Source of the DNA: Savitreella phatthalungensis
Lineage: Eukaryota
Assembly (NCBI GenBank): GCA_051599415.1
Contig: AP039692.1
Location: 682,001-714,618, forward strand
DNA length: 32,618 bases
Direction of reading: 5' to 3'
Shown: one piece after another, positions 10,622-20,531 of the stretch
How the letters are laid out: every line of letters starts with the position of its first letter
How positions within the stretch are numbered: position 1 is the stretch's first letter
The notes under the pieces: model-generated
Told to the model about the DNA's origin: nothing
Database searches by the model: none
The model's input: the letters and a program-made list of their open reading frames with translations, nothing else
Program-made: the position numbers and the translations under genes

Positions 10622-12829
10622 TTAATCTCGGTGAAAGTCGTCGAAGCGCTTGTTCGATTTCTTCTGCTGCTCGTACTCTTTCAGAAGCTTTTTTGCCATG
10701 CTCTTACTGATTTCTGAGCCCTCAAGATGGGTTGGAATACCACGTTGATCAAAGGAAGTATAGCGCGTGTCACCCCTGAACATCTCTTCGGCGCGTATTC
10801 GCCCCTTTTCCAGCGCAGCTGCTTCTCGCTCTTTCTGCGCAGCCTTCTTGGCGGCCTTGTCGCGCGCCTGTTGCTCTTTCTCCGCCTTCTTGGCGAGCAA
10901 AATTTCTGGCGAGCTCGCTTTTAAGATAAATCCATCCTTGCGATCGTCGAGAGCTATGCCCAGCTCCGGAAGAACGTCATCTCTGAATCGGTCGAGCTCG
11001 ACTAAGATGGGTCGATCGCCACGCGCCAAACTTGCTCTAAACGTCCTGAGGCTTTCATTGTCGAGTGACAGCCGATCGAGACCAGCCATGATTCCTGCAA
11101 TGTCTCGTCCCGCAGCCACACGCTCACGGATCTCCTGTCTGCACTCCGCAATCTGCCGTACCTCGTTCATCAATGCAGCGTCGACGTCAACTGGCCAACC
11201 ATATTCTCCGGCATCGTTGACTTCGACACCGAACACTCCGAGCAAGTCAGTCACAAAATGAGCGACGTCGCGCAAGGTTGCTGACGGCGCCACGTGATCG
11301 TGCGACATGTGCTTGTTTGACTCAGTTACGAGATCGCGCAAGAGCGTCATCGCTAATGGAGTATCGAAGTCGTCTGCAAGGGCAGCGTCCACATCATCAC
11401 GCGTCTGCTGAAGTCTCGAGGCTAGTGCATCGTTCCTCGTGTCTCCTTCGAGCTCCCGTACCTGGACGAAGAGTTCTTGCACTTTGGCTTCGAAATTACG
11501 CGCTGACTTCAACAAGTCGTCGCTGTAATCAACGCGACCACGCCATCTGCCACTGAGGAAAATGAAGCGGAGCAGTCGCGGGGAAATCTCCTCGAGGACT
11601 TGCTTGATCGTGATGAAGTTCTTCAAGCTCTTGCTCATTTTGAGCCCACGAATGTGCAAGTGACCAGTGTGCAGAAAGTAGCGCACCCAGTCATGGCATC
11701 CATGGTAGGCTTCAGACTGGGCGAGCTCATTATCGTGGTGCGGGAATGTCAGATCCTCACCACCACTGTGTATATCCATTTGTGGGCCAAAGACATCAGA
11801 GGCCATGACGGAGCATTCTATATGCCATCCGGGACGACCCTGTCCCCAGGGACTTGGCCAAGAGGGCTCGCCGACCTTGCTGGCTTTCCATAGAGCGAAG
11901 TCACGCTTGGAACGTTTCGCCTGAGCTATTGCCGCTGACAAAGAGCCCTCGGCTTCGTCCAGAAGAGCGTCTGCTGAAGTCGCCATGCTGGATGGTTTGA
12001 GTTTTGCGTATTCATGCCCGGCCGCAATGAAACGAGCGACATCAAAATACACACTCCCGCCGGTCTCGTACGCGAGGCCACTCACGACCAGACGATCGAC
12101 AAAGTCGACGATTTGCGGCATGTAATCCGTGACACGCGTGATCTGGTCTGGTGGCAGCACGCCGAGGCTGGCCATGTCCGCGTTGAAGTCTGCTTCCCAG
12201 AAGGTGGTCAGGGCCTTTGTAGCGTGCACAATCTCGTCGTTAGTAAGTTGCTGGTCAGGCGTATCGATTCCGGACACGATAATATCGCGAGCCGATGCAA
12301 TGTCAAAATCCTCGCTCGTCAAGCTCTGCGCAGCGGCAGATAAAGCTTCAATGTGCATGTAGTCCTTGGGATGTTGCAAGGGATCTCTGGCGGCAAGCGG
12401 ATTTGAAAGCCAAGTCTCGGGCGTTGCACCGCTTTCACCGAAATGGCGATCGATGTACTTGGCAAAGAGCTCTCGTACCTCTTCTCGACTCCCCCGATAC
12501 CGGTCGAACAGTAGTTGCTGACGCGCCTTGACGATAATTTTGTCGTCGACATCGGTCACATTTTGGACGTATCGGACTTGCAAACCGAAGTAGCCTTCGA
12601 GCAGACGACGCAGTATATCTGTCGTGACATAGTTCCGAGCGTGTCCTAAGTGCGATGCATCATATACAGTAGGGCCGCAAGAATACCAGTCTAGACGATC
12701 TTTGCCGTCGCGCAGGGTCAAGGGTCGGATCGATTTAGTGAGAGTGTCGTATACGTTCAGTTGCGCTGGCACGGTCACCTGCTGCCGGAGAGAATGTCGA
12801 GTCATCAGGGTGAGTGACCTACAGACCAT
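10622..12829 (-). CDS. CRS1: Cysteinyl-tRNA synthetase
   Basis: WYSCGPTVYDASHLGHARNY, GRPGWHIECS, FPHHDNE, KMSKS. Start uncertain: ATG 12829 (possibly followed by a 45-nt in-frame intron) or 12805. Confidence 0.95.
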   Translation of the reverse strand: MVCRSLTLMTRHSLRQQVTVPAQLNVYDTLTKSIRPLTLRDGKDRLDWYSCGPTVYDASHLGHARNYVTTDILRRLLEGYFGLQVRYVQNVTDVDDKIIVKARQQLLFDRYRGSREEVRELFAKYIDRHFGESGATPETWLSNPLAARDPLQHPKDYMHIEALSAAAQSLTSEDFDIASARDIIVSGIDTPDQQLTNDEIVHATKALTTFWEADFNADMASLGVLPPDQITRVTDYMPQIVDFVDRLVVSGLAYETGGSVYFDVARFIAAGHEYAKLKPSSMATSADALLDEAEGSLSAAIAQAKRSKRDFALWKASKVGEPSWPSPWGQGRPGWHIECSVMASDVFGPQMDIHSGGEDLTFPHHDNELAQSEAYHGCHDWVRYFLHTGHLHIRGLKMSKSLKNFITIKQVLEEISPRLLRFIFLSGRWRGRVDYSDDLLKSARNFEAKVQELFVQVRELEGDTRNDALASRLQQTRDDVDAALADDFDTPLAMTLLRDLVTESNKHMSHDHVAPSATLRDVAHFVTDLLGVFGVEVNDAGEYGWPVDVDAALMNEVRQIAECRQEIRERVAAGRDIAGIMAGLDRLSLDNESLRTFRASLARGDRPILVELDRFRDDVLPELGIALDDRKDGFILKASSPEILLAKKAEKEQQARDKAAKKAAQKEREAAALEKGRIRAEEMFRGDTRYTSFDQRGIPTHLEGSEISKSMAKKLLKEYEQQKKSNKRFDDFHRD

Positions 12830-12902
12830 GCAGATGCGCCGCCTTGCTGTTGTGCTTGCGAGGCTGTGCCTACGTATGTGCAGACGTACGCAGCTACAAA
12901 GT

Positions 12903-13829
12903 TCAGCTTTTATCCGTAACCGATAATAATGCTTTTGTCCAGTCAAATTTGTCCCACTTCCGTTTGAAGACGCGAACTTGCTCGTCGTAGTCACGCCACG
13001 GCTTTCGTCTCTTCCGCCAAACGGTCAGATCAATACGCATGGCTGTAGCTAGCACTTGTCTGGTCCACAGATCGTCTCTGGGCCAGCACTGTATGTTCTC
13101 GACCGGATGGCCGAGTCCGCCGTCCAGGTCAAACCAGATATGAATGTAAGGGACTTGGCTCGACATACGCTGGAAGAATGTGGTATCTCTCAGCGTATCA
13201 ATGATTTGTGCGTCGTCGGACTCAGCGGACAGCGCTTCGCGAAAGTAACGCGGCAAATGATCGAAGATGTGACATGGTACAGGCATGCATTCCATCACGC
13301 AGTGCTGTGCCTTGACAGCAGACTCCCAGAATACTGCCGAGCACTTCAAGGTAGCGAACATTCGCGTCAAGCTCTTCATATAATTGCGAATCTCCGTGCG
13401 CTCATCTGCGTCACAATCGAGAATGCTCGCGTGATGGTCGCGCGGCATGATCAGACAGTGGTAGCGATGTAGAGGAGCGCTCGAAACTGTCAGCGTGACT
13501 CTCGAGCCCGCCGCAAGAACCGGCGCAACACCGTCGCATAGGCCGCATTGCTGAATTTGGGGAGCCCGAATACGTTTGCCAAGGTCACCCAGGCGCTCGG
13601 CATTTTCGTCGAGATATTCGAGGTCGCTCCTAAACGCAGTGTCGCGTGCAATTTGCTTGGCAGCTGTTATAGCCGAAGACTCTTCGCGACTTGACGGAAG
13701 CTTGGGCGACTGCAGCCCGGCTTGTCTCCGGCGTTGGGCATGAGGGCCGCTTTGAGTCTCGCGGCCGTAAGTACTGCCCAGCAAGCGACTCCAAGCAATC
13801 TCGTCGTCCGCCCTTTGCCTCTTTGTCAT
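12903..13829 (-). CDS. cwf19: Cwf19/CWF19L2-like spliceosome disassembly factor (CwfJ domains), short form
   Basis: DLEYLDENAERL, CxxC (CGLC), HCLIMP..H, EIRNYMKSLTRMF, HCVMECMP, WDKFDWTKAL. Confidence 0.88.
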   Translation of the reverse strand: MTKRQRADDEIAWSRLLGSTYGRETQSGPHAQRRRQAGLQSPKLPSSREESSAITAAKQIARDTAFRSDLEYLDENAERLGDLGKRIRAPQIQQCGLCDGVAPVLAAGSRVTLTVSSAPLHRYHCLIMPRDHHASILDCDADERTEIRNYMKSLTRMFATLKCSAVFWESAVKAQHCVMECMPVPCHIFDHLPRYFREALSAESDDAQIIDTLRDTTFFQRMSSQVPYIHIWFDLDGGLGHPVENIQCWPRDDLWTRQVLATAMRIDLTVWRKRRKPWRDYDEQVRVFKRKWDKFDWTKALLSVTDKS

Positions 13830-13971
13830 GCTGCATCTACATTCGAACCACGCCTCGATGTGTTTTTACTCCAGTAAAATCGACGTCATTCAACCGTGCT
13901 TACACGTAACCCTTGCGGCCAGTGTTTATTGAATATAGACAACCCATAGGCGGGGCAAGTCAGGCACAAAG

Positions 13972-15252
13972 ATGTCTGATCTTGACGAGCTGCTGGCAGA
14001 GCTCGATGACGAGAACGATGATGCTGCAGACTTCGAGGAGACGGTTGAACAGGGTTCACAGATCAGTGCGCGCCAGCCGGATACTTTCGCCCAGGGTAAC
14101 GCGCTTCTCGATACGCTGGAACAGCAGACGCGAACGATAGTTGCGGAAATTAGAACAATGTACGTCAGAAGACTGCCCGAGCTCGCGAACCTGGCAAGAG
14201 GCATTACGGAATACGTCAAGGCTATCAAAATCATCGGCCAAGCTTCAAATGATGCAATTGCTGCCCTCCCGCTGGCGGACGTCCTGGCCCCGGAGACAGC
14301 AATGGCGGTCGCCGTTAGCGCTGTCTCGACCACAGGGGCACCGCTGACTCCAGTCGACATGCTCAAAGTGCAGGCACTCTGCGATCAGGTACTCGAACTT
14401 GAAGCCAAACGACAAGAAATATCCCAACAGCTCGCAAGCTCCGTTGCTAGCACAGCTCCGAATCTCGCCGCCTTGATCGGTAGTCGCATCGCTTGCAACC
14501 TGATCAGCGCTTCTGGAGGCATCGAGGCTCTTGCGAGATCGCCAAGCTGCAACGTGGCGTCCCTCGGCAAGAAGCGCGTCATTGAGCAGCAGAGTCGCGC
14601 TCGTGCTTGCAGAGCTGAAGACGCGGCGATCATGGGCGATATCTGGTCCTCAGACCTAGTGCAGCGGTGTGGACCGAGAATACAGAGGCAAGCCGTCAGA
14701 CAGGTCTCCGCCAAAGTTGTACTGGCGGCGCGTCTTGACAGCGCGAACGACGCAGGGGATGGAAGTCGAGGGCTTGCAATGCGCGATGAGCTAAGTAGGA
14801 AGCTCGACAAGCTTGCTGAGGCGCCATCAATGCACAATGTCAAGGCTCTGCCGGCACCAGACGATCCTGCCAAGAAACGCCGAGGTGGACGCAAAGTTCG
14901 CAAGGCGAAGGAGCGCTTCGCGATCACGGACATGCAGCGTCTACGAAATCGCTTGGCCTTTGGGCAACAAGAGGAGGAAATAGATCTTGGTGATGAGACA
15001 GAAGGTCTGGGAATGCTTGGCAGCGCACCAGGCCGAAGCATTCGCGCGCCGCCGATCGATTCTCGCACTCGCGCAAAGCTACCAAAGGAGAAACGCAAAG
15101 GAGGCAGCCTCACGGGTTATTCAGCGCTTATGCATGAGCCTCAGGAGCATGCGGTGGCCGAGCTACAAGGTCGACGCCTCGTGCTCGATAGTGAAGGTCT
15201 ACAGCTTCCTGTGAAGCGACAAAAGCTGGAAGAGAGCTCTCGCTGGATCTAA
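13972..15252 (+). CDS. PRP31: U4/U6.U5 tri-snRNP protein Prp31
   Basis: Nop domain (APNLAALIG, AKVVLAARLD), KALPAPDDPAKKRRGGRKVRKAKERF, RNRLAFG..EEE. Confidence 0.93.
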   Translation: MSDLDELLAELDDENDDAADFEETVEQGSQISARQPDTFAQGNALLDTLEQQTRTIVAEIRTMYVRRLPELANLARGITEYVKAIKIIGQASNDAIAALPLADVLAPETAMAVAVSAVSTTGAPLTPVDMLKVQALCDQVLELEAKRQEISQQLASSVASTAPNLAALIGSRIACNLISASGGIEALARSPSCNVASLGKKRVIEQQSRARACRAEDAAIMGDIWSSDLVQRCGPRIQRQAVRQVSAKVVLAARLDSANDAGDGSRGLAMRDELSRKLDKLAEAPSMHNVKALPAPDDPAKKRRGGRKVRKAKERFAITDMQRLRNRLAFGQQEEEIDLGDETEGLGMLGSAPGRSIRAPPIDSRTRAKLPKEKRKGGSLTGYSALMHEPQEHAVAELQGRRLVLDSEGLQLPVKRQKLEESSRWI

Positions 15253-15285
15253 GTCAAATTGAGGTCATCGTGTTCGTCAGCATTG

Positions 15286-16737
15286 TCATTCAAATGCCTC
15301 TTTTGCACGACCCTGGGCGTTGTGCTGGTCGTCACGTGGAACTTCTGCATAGAATGCAGCAACTGCTCGCGACAAGATCTCGATAGCGCGATCGCAGGTC
15401 TCTTGGTCGAGCACGAGAGGCGGAACGAGGCGAATTGTGTCATTCCCCGCTGTGATCAGGAGCAAACCCCGCTCACGAGCGAGTTTGACGAGCGGAGAAG
15501 GATCGCGATCCAGCTGCATACCTAGAAGTAACCCACGGCCTCGGACATCGATCACGCGCTCGCCGAAACGCGCTTGTATGGCGCGCATGCCTGATAGAAG
15601 CTGATGCGATCGTCGCTGAACGTTCTGCAAAAGTTCTTTGCTCGAGAGCCGCGACAGGACATGATGTGCCGTACGGCATGCAAGGGGGTTGCCACCAAAA
15701 GTTGTACCATGATCACCAATCTTGATCGCATCGGCGACGGCTTGAGTGACCATGGTGGCGCCGATTGGAACTCCGTTTGCCAGCGGTTTTGCCATGGTGA
15801 GTACATCTGGATGTGCCTCGTCAGGCAGCCAACTATGCGCCCATAACTTACCCGAACGCCCTAGACCACACTGAATCTCGTCGAACATCAGCAGGGCGCC
15901 AACCTCGGTACACTTGCGGCGCAATGCAAGGAGGACGTCATCGGCGACAGGGAAGATGCCACCCTCACCCTGCACAGGCTCGACAAGAACGCCGCAAAAT
16001 GATTCATCCAACTGCTCTATGCAGCTCATGTCAGCATCTGCATAAACAAAACCAGGAACCATGGGCGCGAATGGCTCCTGGTACTTGGTGTTGGCGGTTG
16101 CGGATAAAGCGCCCATGGTCCGTCCATGGAAAGCATTTCGGAAAGTCAATATCTTGTGCTTGGAGTCCTCGGGCAGTCCTCTTTTTTTGGCCTCAACCCG
16201 ACCGTGCTTGCGTGCGAACTTGATAGCAGCTTCATTAGCCTCGGTGCCAGAGTTTGAAAAAAAGACCTTTGCAGCATCTCGCATGCCGCCATCGGCATGG
16301 GTCTGCTCGATGAGTAGCTTTGCAAGCTCCCACGTCCACTGTGAGTGGAAGAGATTCGAGGTGTGGATTATTTGGCGGGCTTGATCGAACATGGCATTTG
16401 CAACATCCAGATCACCATGGCCGAGACCAGAGACGGCAATGCCAGCGTTGAAATCGATGTATTCTCGGCCTTCCAGATCCCAAACCTTGCATCCTTCACC
16501 TCGAACCAGGACAATGGGATTGCGAGCATAAGTTGTTACCATATATGGTGCATTGCGTTCGATGAGGCGAGCCGTTTGAGAGTCTGGCCCTGGATCCGGG
16601 TGCGACAGACTCTGTTCGCGGACAATTTCTTGTAGGTCTCCAGCTGGTAGGTTAATTCGTGCGCTCTTAGCAGCAAATGCATGGCCTCGAGAGCGTATGA
16701 GCACACGAGCAGCCTTCATGGAGCGTGCCACAGACAT
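15286..16737 (-). CDS. ARG8: Acetylornithine aminotransferase, mitochondrial
   Basis: R/S-rich presequence from ATG 16737; NSGTEANEAAIKFARK, FHGRTMGALSAT, FDEIQCGLGRSG, PLP lysine in TMAKPLANG, HGTTFGGNPLAC. Confidence 0.95.
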   Translation of the reverse strand: MSVARSMKAARVLIRSRGHAFAAKSARINLPAGDLQEIVREQSLSHPDPGPDSQTARLIERNAPYMVTTYARNPIVLVRGEGCKVWDLEGREYIDFNAGIAVSGLGHGDLDVANAMFDQARQIIHTSNLFHSQWTWELAKLLIEQTHADGGMRDAAKVFFSNSGTEANEAAIKFARKHGRVEAKKRGLPEDSKHKILTFRNAFHGRTMGALSATANTKYQEPFAPMVPGFVYADADMSCIEQLDESFCGVLVEPVQGEGGIFPVADDVLLALRRKCTEVGALLMFDEIQCGLGRSGKLWAHSWLPDEAHPDVLTMAKPLANGVPIGATMVTQAVADAIKIGDHGTTFGGNPLACRTAHHVLSRLSSKELLQNVQRRSHQLLSGMRAIQARFGERVIDVRGRGLLLGMQLDRDPSPLVKLARERGLLLITAGNDTIRLVPPLVLDQETCDRAIEILSRAVAAFYAEVPRDDQHNAQGRAKEAFE

Positions 16738-16829
16738 TTTGGTATCGGAGAATCTCCAGGTCCACAGCACTCCGGATTTGTTTTAATATAGTTTTCATGA
16801 CGCATAGATTTTTAGAGTTCATCCACAAG

Positions 16830-17051
16830 ATGGACGCAACTGCAATTCTTGTCGGCCTGCTTGATGGTGTCAAGACCGGGCAAGACGTGAATACATCGAT
16901 CGCTCATATCAAAAGCGCTTTCGAGGACGCGCGGAAAGTAGCTAAGCAATTGGACGCAAGTGGCATCGCCCCTTTAGAAGAACTCAGGGTCAGACACGCA
17001 ACGCTTACAGCACAACTGGCCCAGCGGCGCGAGCTGCTCGCGTTGCTGTGA
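16830..17051 (+). CDS. 73-aa helical protein, Mediator Med9/Cse2-like
   Basis: MDATAILVGLLD..IAHIKSAFEDARKVAKQL..LEELRVRHATLTAQLAQRRELL resembles the Med9 helix plus coiled-coil pattern. Its stop overlaps the next ATG. Family call is tentative. Confidence 0.5.
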   Translation: MDATAILVGLLDGVKTGQDVNTSIAHIKSAFEDARKVAKQLDASGIAPLEELRVRHATLTAQLAQRRELLALL

Positions 17052-18013
17052 TGGATCGATTCGTCAAAAGGTCGCCAAAGCCCGTCGTCTCTGACTATGA
17101 GCACCATTCTTCATATCCGTTCCCGCTACCCTCTAGGCTTCCTAAAAAGCTGGAACCTCCACGAGAGCCAGTGACCGTGGACGCGCCAGATTTGCTCAAA
17201 TTCTCGCCCTTCCTCGACAGCAGCAGTGCCAGACTGCTGTTTGACTTTCTCTGTGATACGATGCCGTGGTATCGAGTCGAATACGTTGTTCGCGGCATTC
17301 ATATTAGGACACCGCGTTTTACGACGGTGTTTGGTCTAGACGAATCACACAGTTGGCGCGATGGGGCTCCTTATCCTTCTGGTAAGCTGAAATGTAAGCC
17401 GCGCCCAATACCTGGTTGCTTGCGAGAGCTACAAACGCACGTCGAGCGCTACACTGCAGCAAACTATAATTTCTGCCTCGTCAACTTATACATTGATGGT
17501 CAAGACTCGATTTCGTACCATTCCGACGATGAGCACTTCCTGGGACCTAATCCTACGATAGCATCGTTGTCGCTTGGTGCGTCAAGGGATTTCAGCATGC
17601 GCCTGAAAGACAATCACAATGAACAGTGGAAGACAACGCTGCGTTCGGGCGATATGGTGGTCATGCGCGGTGATACCCAGCACCTCTGGGAACACTCAAT
17701 CCCGAAACGCAGATCTGCTGCCCCGCGCATCAACATTACGTTTCGTCGCGGTGTTGTACCGTATGCCACGGATAACTATAATCGATATAACATAGGTGAC
17801 GGACCATTCTTCAGATGGCGTGCAGGGAAAATGGTCCAAGGCGACGCGAAGCTGTCCGCCGAACCGATTATCCCCCAAGTAACACACGAGCCGTCCTTTG
17901 ATTTGGCCGAGGAAGTTGCTGCAATCGAAAAAGCAGTGACGAAGCGCGAAGTGGAGGACGTGGAAGAGGCTGTCAGGAAGCGTCAGCACAGACTCACACG
18001 AACAAATGAGTAA
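17051..18013 (+). CDS. AlkB-family 2OG-Fe(II) dioxygenase (ALKBH2/3-like)
   Basis: TPRFTTVFG, NFCLVNLYIDGQDSISYHSDDE (HxD), WEHSIPK, RINITFR. Confidence 0.92.
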   Translation: MDRFVKRSPKPVVSDYEHHSSYPFPLPSRLPKKLEPPREPVTVDAPDLLKFSPFLDSSSARLLFDFLCDTMPWYRVEYVVRGIHIRTPRFTTVFGLDESHSWRDGAPYPSGKLKCKPRPIPGCLRELQTHVERYTAANYNFCLVNLYIDGQDSISYHSDDEHFLGPNPTIASLSLGASRDFSMRLKDNHNEQWKTTLRSGDMVVMRGDTQHLWEHSIPKRRSAAPRINITFRRGVVPYATDNYNRYNIGDGPFFRWRAGKMVQGDAKLSAEPIIPQVTHEPSFDLAEEVAAIEKAVTKREVEDVEEAVRKRQHRLTRTNE

Positions 18014-18866
18014 ATCCTCGGGGTCCTGGCTGAAGCCAATTGCGTTCGTCATAATGCTTAGCCAAGTCGACACAGTGGAAAGTGTAGATCATCCGGGATT
18101 TATCTGACATGTTGTGCTCGGATTTGTGCATGACTGCACCATGTATCAACACCAGTGATCCTGCCTTACATGTGGCAGGCTCATAAGCAGCGTCGCTGAC
18201 GGTCGTGTCATTGTCCCCGTCGCAGAGGCGTTCCATCGCTGTCGTGATCTTTTTTCCGTCGGCGCTGTGCTGACGGACAAATCGATGTGTGACAGGACAG
18301 GTTTTGTGGGAGCCCTTAGCGAACGATAGACAGCCATTGGTGAGAGTGCAGTCTTCCAGAGCGAACCAAAAGCCAATGGCAGACGGCGTATGTGTATACA
18401 GAAACGTGCTGTCCTGATGCGGAGGCACAGCGCCCCCGACGCGAGGCTGCTTGAGGATCGCCATGCTTTGCAGCACAACTGGATCGGTCATGTTGAGCTG
18501 CCGGACCATGGTTCGGACCCGATCCGTGACTGAAATCGTTGCGAAGACCGGCTCAAGCTCGTGAAGAGCGTGACCTATCTTGTTCACTGCACGGTCCTTC
18601 GGTACCAGAAGAGAGCCATCTGCATCTACAGCGGCAGCTTCAAGGAAGAAGCGCACCTTGTCACCCGATGTGAGAAAGTAATCATCCTGATCAGCATTAC
18701 CGGTTTTGAAGAGCGACAAAGGATGCGCAGCTGGATCAAAGGCTGCCAAAAGCTCGTCAATCCGTGTTCTGAGGCCTGCAACTTGCTCTGCGCTCAAGAA
18801 ATCAGGAATCACAAGGCATCCATCCGCCTCGAATTTCTCAAGCTGCTCATCCGATAGTGTCGACAT
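17994..18866 (-). CDS. Phytanoyl-CoA dioxygenase family protein (PHYHD1-like)
   Basis: YFLTSGDKVRFFLE, NKIGHALHE, QSMAILKQP, HQDSTFLYT, VMHKSEHN.SDKSR. Start at 18866 or 18884. Confidence 0.92.
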   Translation of the reverse strand: MSTLSDEQLEKFEADGCLVIPDFLSAEQVAGLRTRIDELLAAFDPAAHPLSLFKTGNADQDDYFLTSGDKVRFFLEAAAVDADGSLLVPKDRAVNKIGHALHELEPVFATISVTDRVRTMVRQLNMTDPVVLQSMAILKQPRVGGAVPPHQDSTFLYTHTPSAIGFWFALEDCTLTNGCLSFAKGSHKTCPVTHRFVRQHSADGKKITTAMERLCDGDNDTTVSDAAYEPATCKAGSLVLIHGAVMHKSEHNMSDKSRMIYTFHCVDLAKHYDERNWLQPGPRGFTHLFV

Positions 18867-18974
18867 GATCGATTGACCCCACATGTGTCTTCATTGCGCG
18901 GAGATAAGAAATGGGAAACGCATCCCACTTGATCGAGCTTATCAAAAAAGTATTTCGCCAACCCTTCATCGGAG

Positions 18975-19922
18975 ATGCCCGCAGCCGTACAAACGGCCTG
19001 GGAGGAGTCCTCCCAGCGACGCAGGTGGACATTCACTACTTCGGAGCTTCAACGGAAGAGAGAACATACTTACGCCAAGCTGAGTGAGGAGGTTCGGCAG
19101 CACCGCCGCCTGGAAAGTGATCTCGCAGGCGTCGAACTGGACGATGTTGAGCTTCCGTCCCTCAACGAGGAGCTCTGCTTGGTGAATCACTACGCCCGTA
19201 AGGTGGCAGACATAGCCAATGCATTCAACATGCCGTCACATGTTAAGTCGAGCGCAATGACATATCTCCGCCGGTTCTATCTAGACGCGACTGTCTTACA
19301 GCATCATCCACGCTCGATCGCTGTGACATGTTTGTGGCTAGCAACAAAGACTTGCGAATGGCATATCCCGCTTGACAAGTTTGTGGAGAAACTCCCAAAG
19401 ACCACGCGAGAAAGCGTGCTGGAGCACGAATATCTTGTCGCCAGCAGAATCGCATTCGATTTTGTGCACTGGTCACCGTTTCGAGCTCTATACGGACTAA
19501 CGCTCGAGCTCGGTGGCGCTAGAGAACAACGAGGACTCGCGCATGATCGGGCCAAGGCCATACTGGTCAACATACTTCCATCGGATCTGCTCTTTGTGCA
19601 CACACCGAGTGAACTCGCCCTCGCGGCGCTACACAAGGTCGAACCGTTACTCGTTGATTCCCTCATCAAGCGCCATAAACTCGACGCTGAGTCGATACTA
19701 GCGATCGACATGACAAATGTCAAGGATGTGGATGTTGAAGAGATCCGTGCGATTGACAAGAAGGTCTTCGAGGCACAAGACCCTCTCTATAGCCGCTCAG
19801 TCCTCACAAATATTCAGAAGCGCAAGTTGGACGAGGTTGAAGCTGCCGACATAGCACGTAGAAACGAGAAGCAGGCGCGTAGTGATGCCCATACCGCCCA
19901 GCTAGGTAAATTATTAGAATAG
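18975..19922 (+). CDS. CCL1: Cyclin H (TFIIH/CAK cyclin Ccl1/Mcs2)
   Basis: SSQRRRWTF, EELCLVNHY, SAMTYLRRFYL, HPRSIAVTCLWLATK, PFRALYG, PSELALAAL. Confidence 0.88.
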   Translation: MPAAVQTAWEESSQRRRWTFTTSELQRKREHTYAKLSEEVRQHRRLESDLAGVELDDVELPSLNEELCLVNHYARKVADIANAFNMPSHVKSSAMTYLRRFYLDATVLQHHPRSIAVTCLWLATKTCEWHIPLDKFVEKLPKTTRESVLEHEYLVASRIAFDFVHWSPFRALYGLTLELGGAREQRGLAHDRAKAILVNILPSDLLFVHTPSELALAALHKVEPLLVDSLIKRHKLDAESILAIDMTNVKDVDVEEIRAIDKKVFEAQDPLYSRSVLTNIQKRKLDEVEAADIARRNEKQARSDAHTAQLGKLLE

Positions 19923-19985
19923 CCGGAAACGATGCATGATAAATCTGATCCGAAACACAATTGAATCCGCATTGGTGTGACGACC

Positions 19986-20531
19986 ATGGATGCCGTTGTG
20001 CACGAGTACGCGGCGGTGGCAGCGGATCGCCTCGGCCAAGGAGACGACGATGGTCTTGATGAAATTCTGGACGAGCTTGACGAGCTTGACGACAGCGCCT
20101 ATCGCGCACAGCGTCTTCAGCAACTCAATGACGAGGTCAAGCACTTGAGGTCACTTTCTGAAGGGCACGGCACGGTCCAAACACTGGACGAGGAAGCTGT
20201 CATGGTGCTTTCGACAAAGTATCCGCGTGTCGTCGTACATTTTGCGCACCAAGACTTTGCGAAATGTCGTGTCATGGACAAGCATCTGGAAAAAATAGCC
20301 AAACGGTATCTCAAGGTGCGATTCGTCCGCATCGCTGCGGAGACTGCACCATTCCTCGTTGCAAGATTGAAGATCCAGGTGTTGCCATGTGTCATTCCTT
20401 TCGTTGATGGCCAAGCGCCCGGTAGAATTCTAGGCTTCGAAGGACTCGACTTGGTCGGAGAAGATGATTTCACTACAGCATCTCTAGAAGGGAGGCTATC
20501 GCAGTTTAACGTCATCCAGCAGAGGTTATGA
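19986..20531 (+). CDS. PLP1: Phosducin-like protein (Plp1/TXNDC9)
   Basis: Acidic N-terminus, YRAQRLQQL, VVVHFAHQDFAKCRVMDKHL, APFLVARLKIQVLPCV, GFEGL..DDFTT. ATG 19986 in ACCATGG context. Confidence 0.88.
   Translation: MDAVVHEYAAVAADRLGQGDDDGLDEILDELDELDDSAYRAQRLQQLNDEVKHLRSLSEGHGTVQTLDEEAVMVLSTKYPRVVVHFAHQDFAKCRVMDKHLEKIAKRYLKVRFVRIAAETAPFLVARLKIQVLPCVIPFVDGQAPGRILGFEGLDLVGEDDFTTASLEGRLSQFNVIQQRL

Noticed and set aside
12830..12994. N-terminal extension of CysRS overlapping cwf19
   Set aside because: No similarity to CysRS and it starts inside the upstream CDS; more likely a chance open frame, although a targeting extension cannot be excluded.
14385..15113. Long antisense ORFs (242 aa here; also 23457-24047 and 896-1474)
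   Set aside because: They are shadows of real genes on the opposite strand in GC-rich coding DNA.
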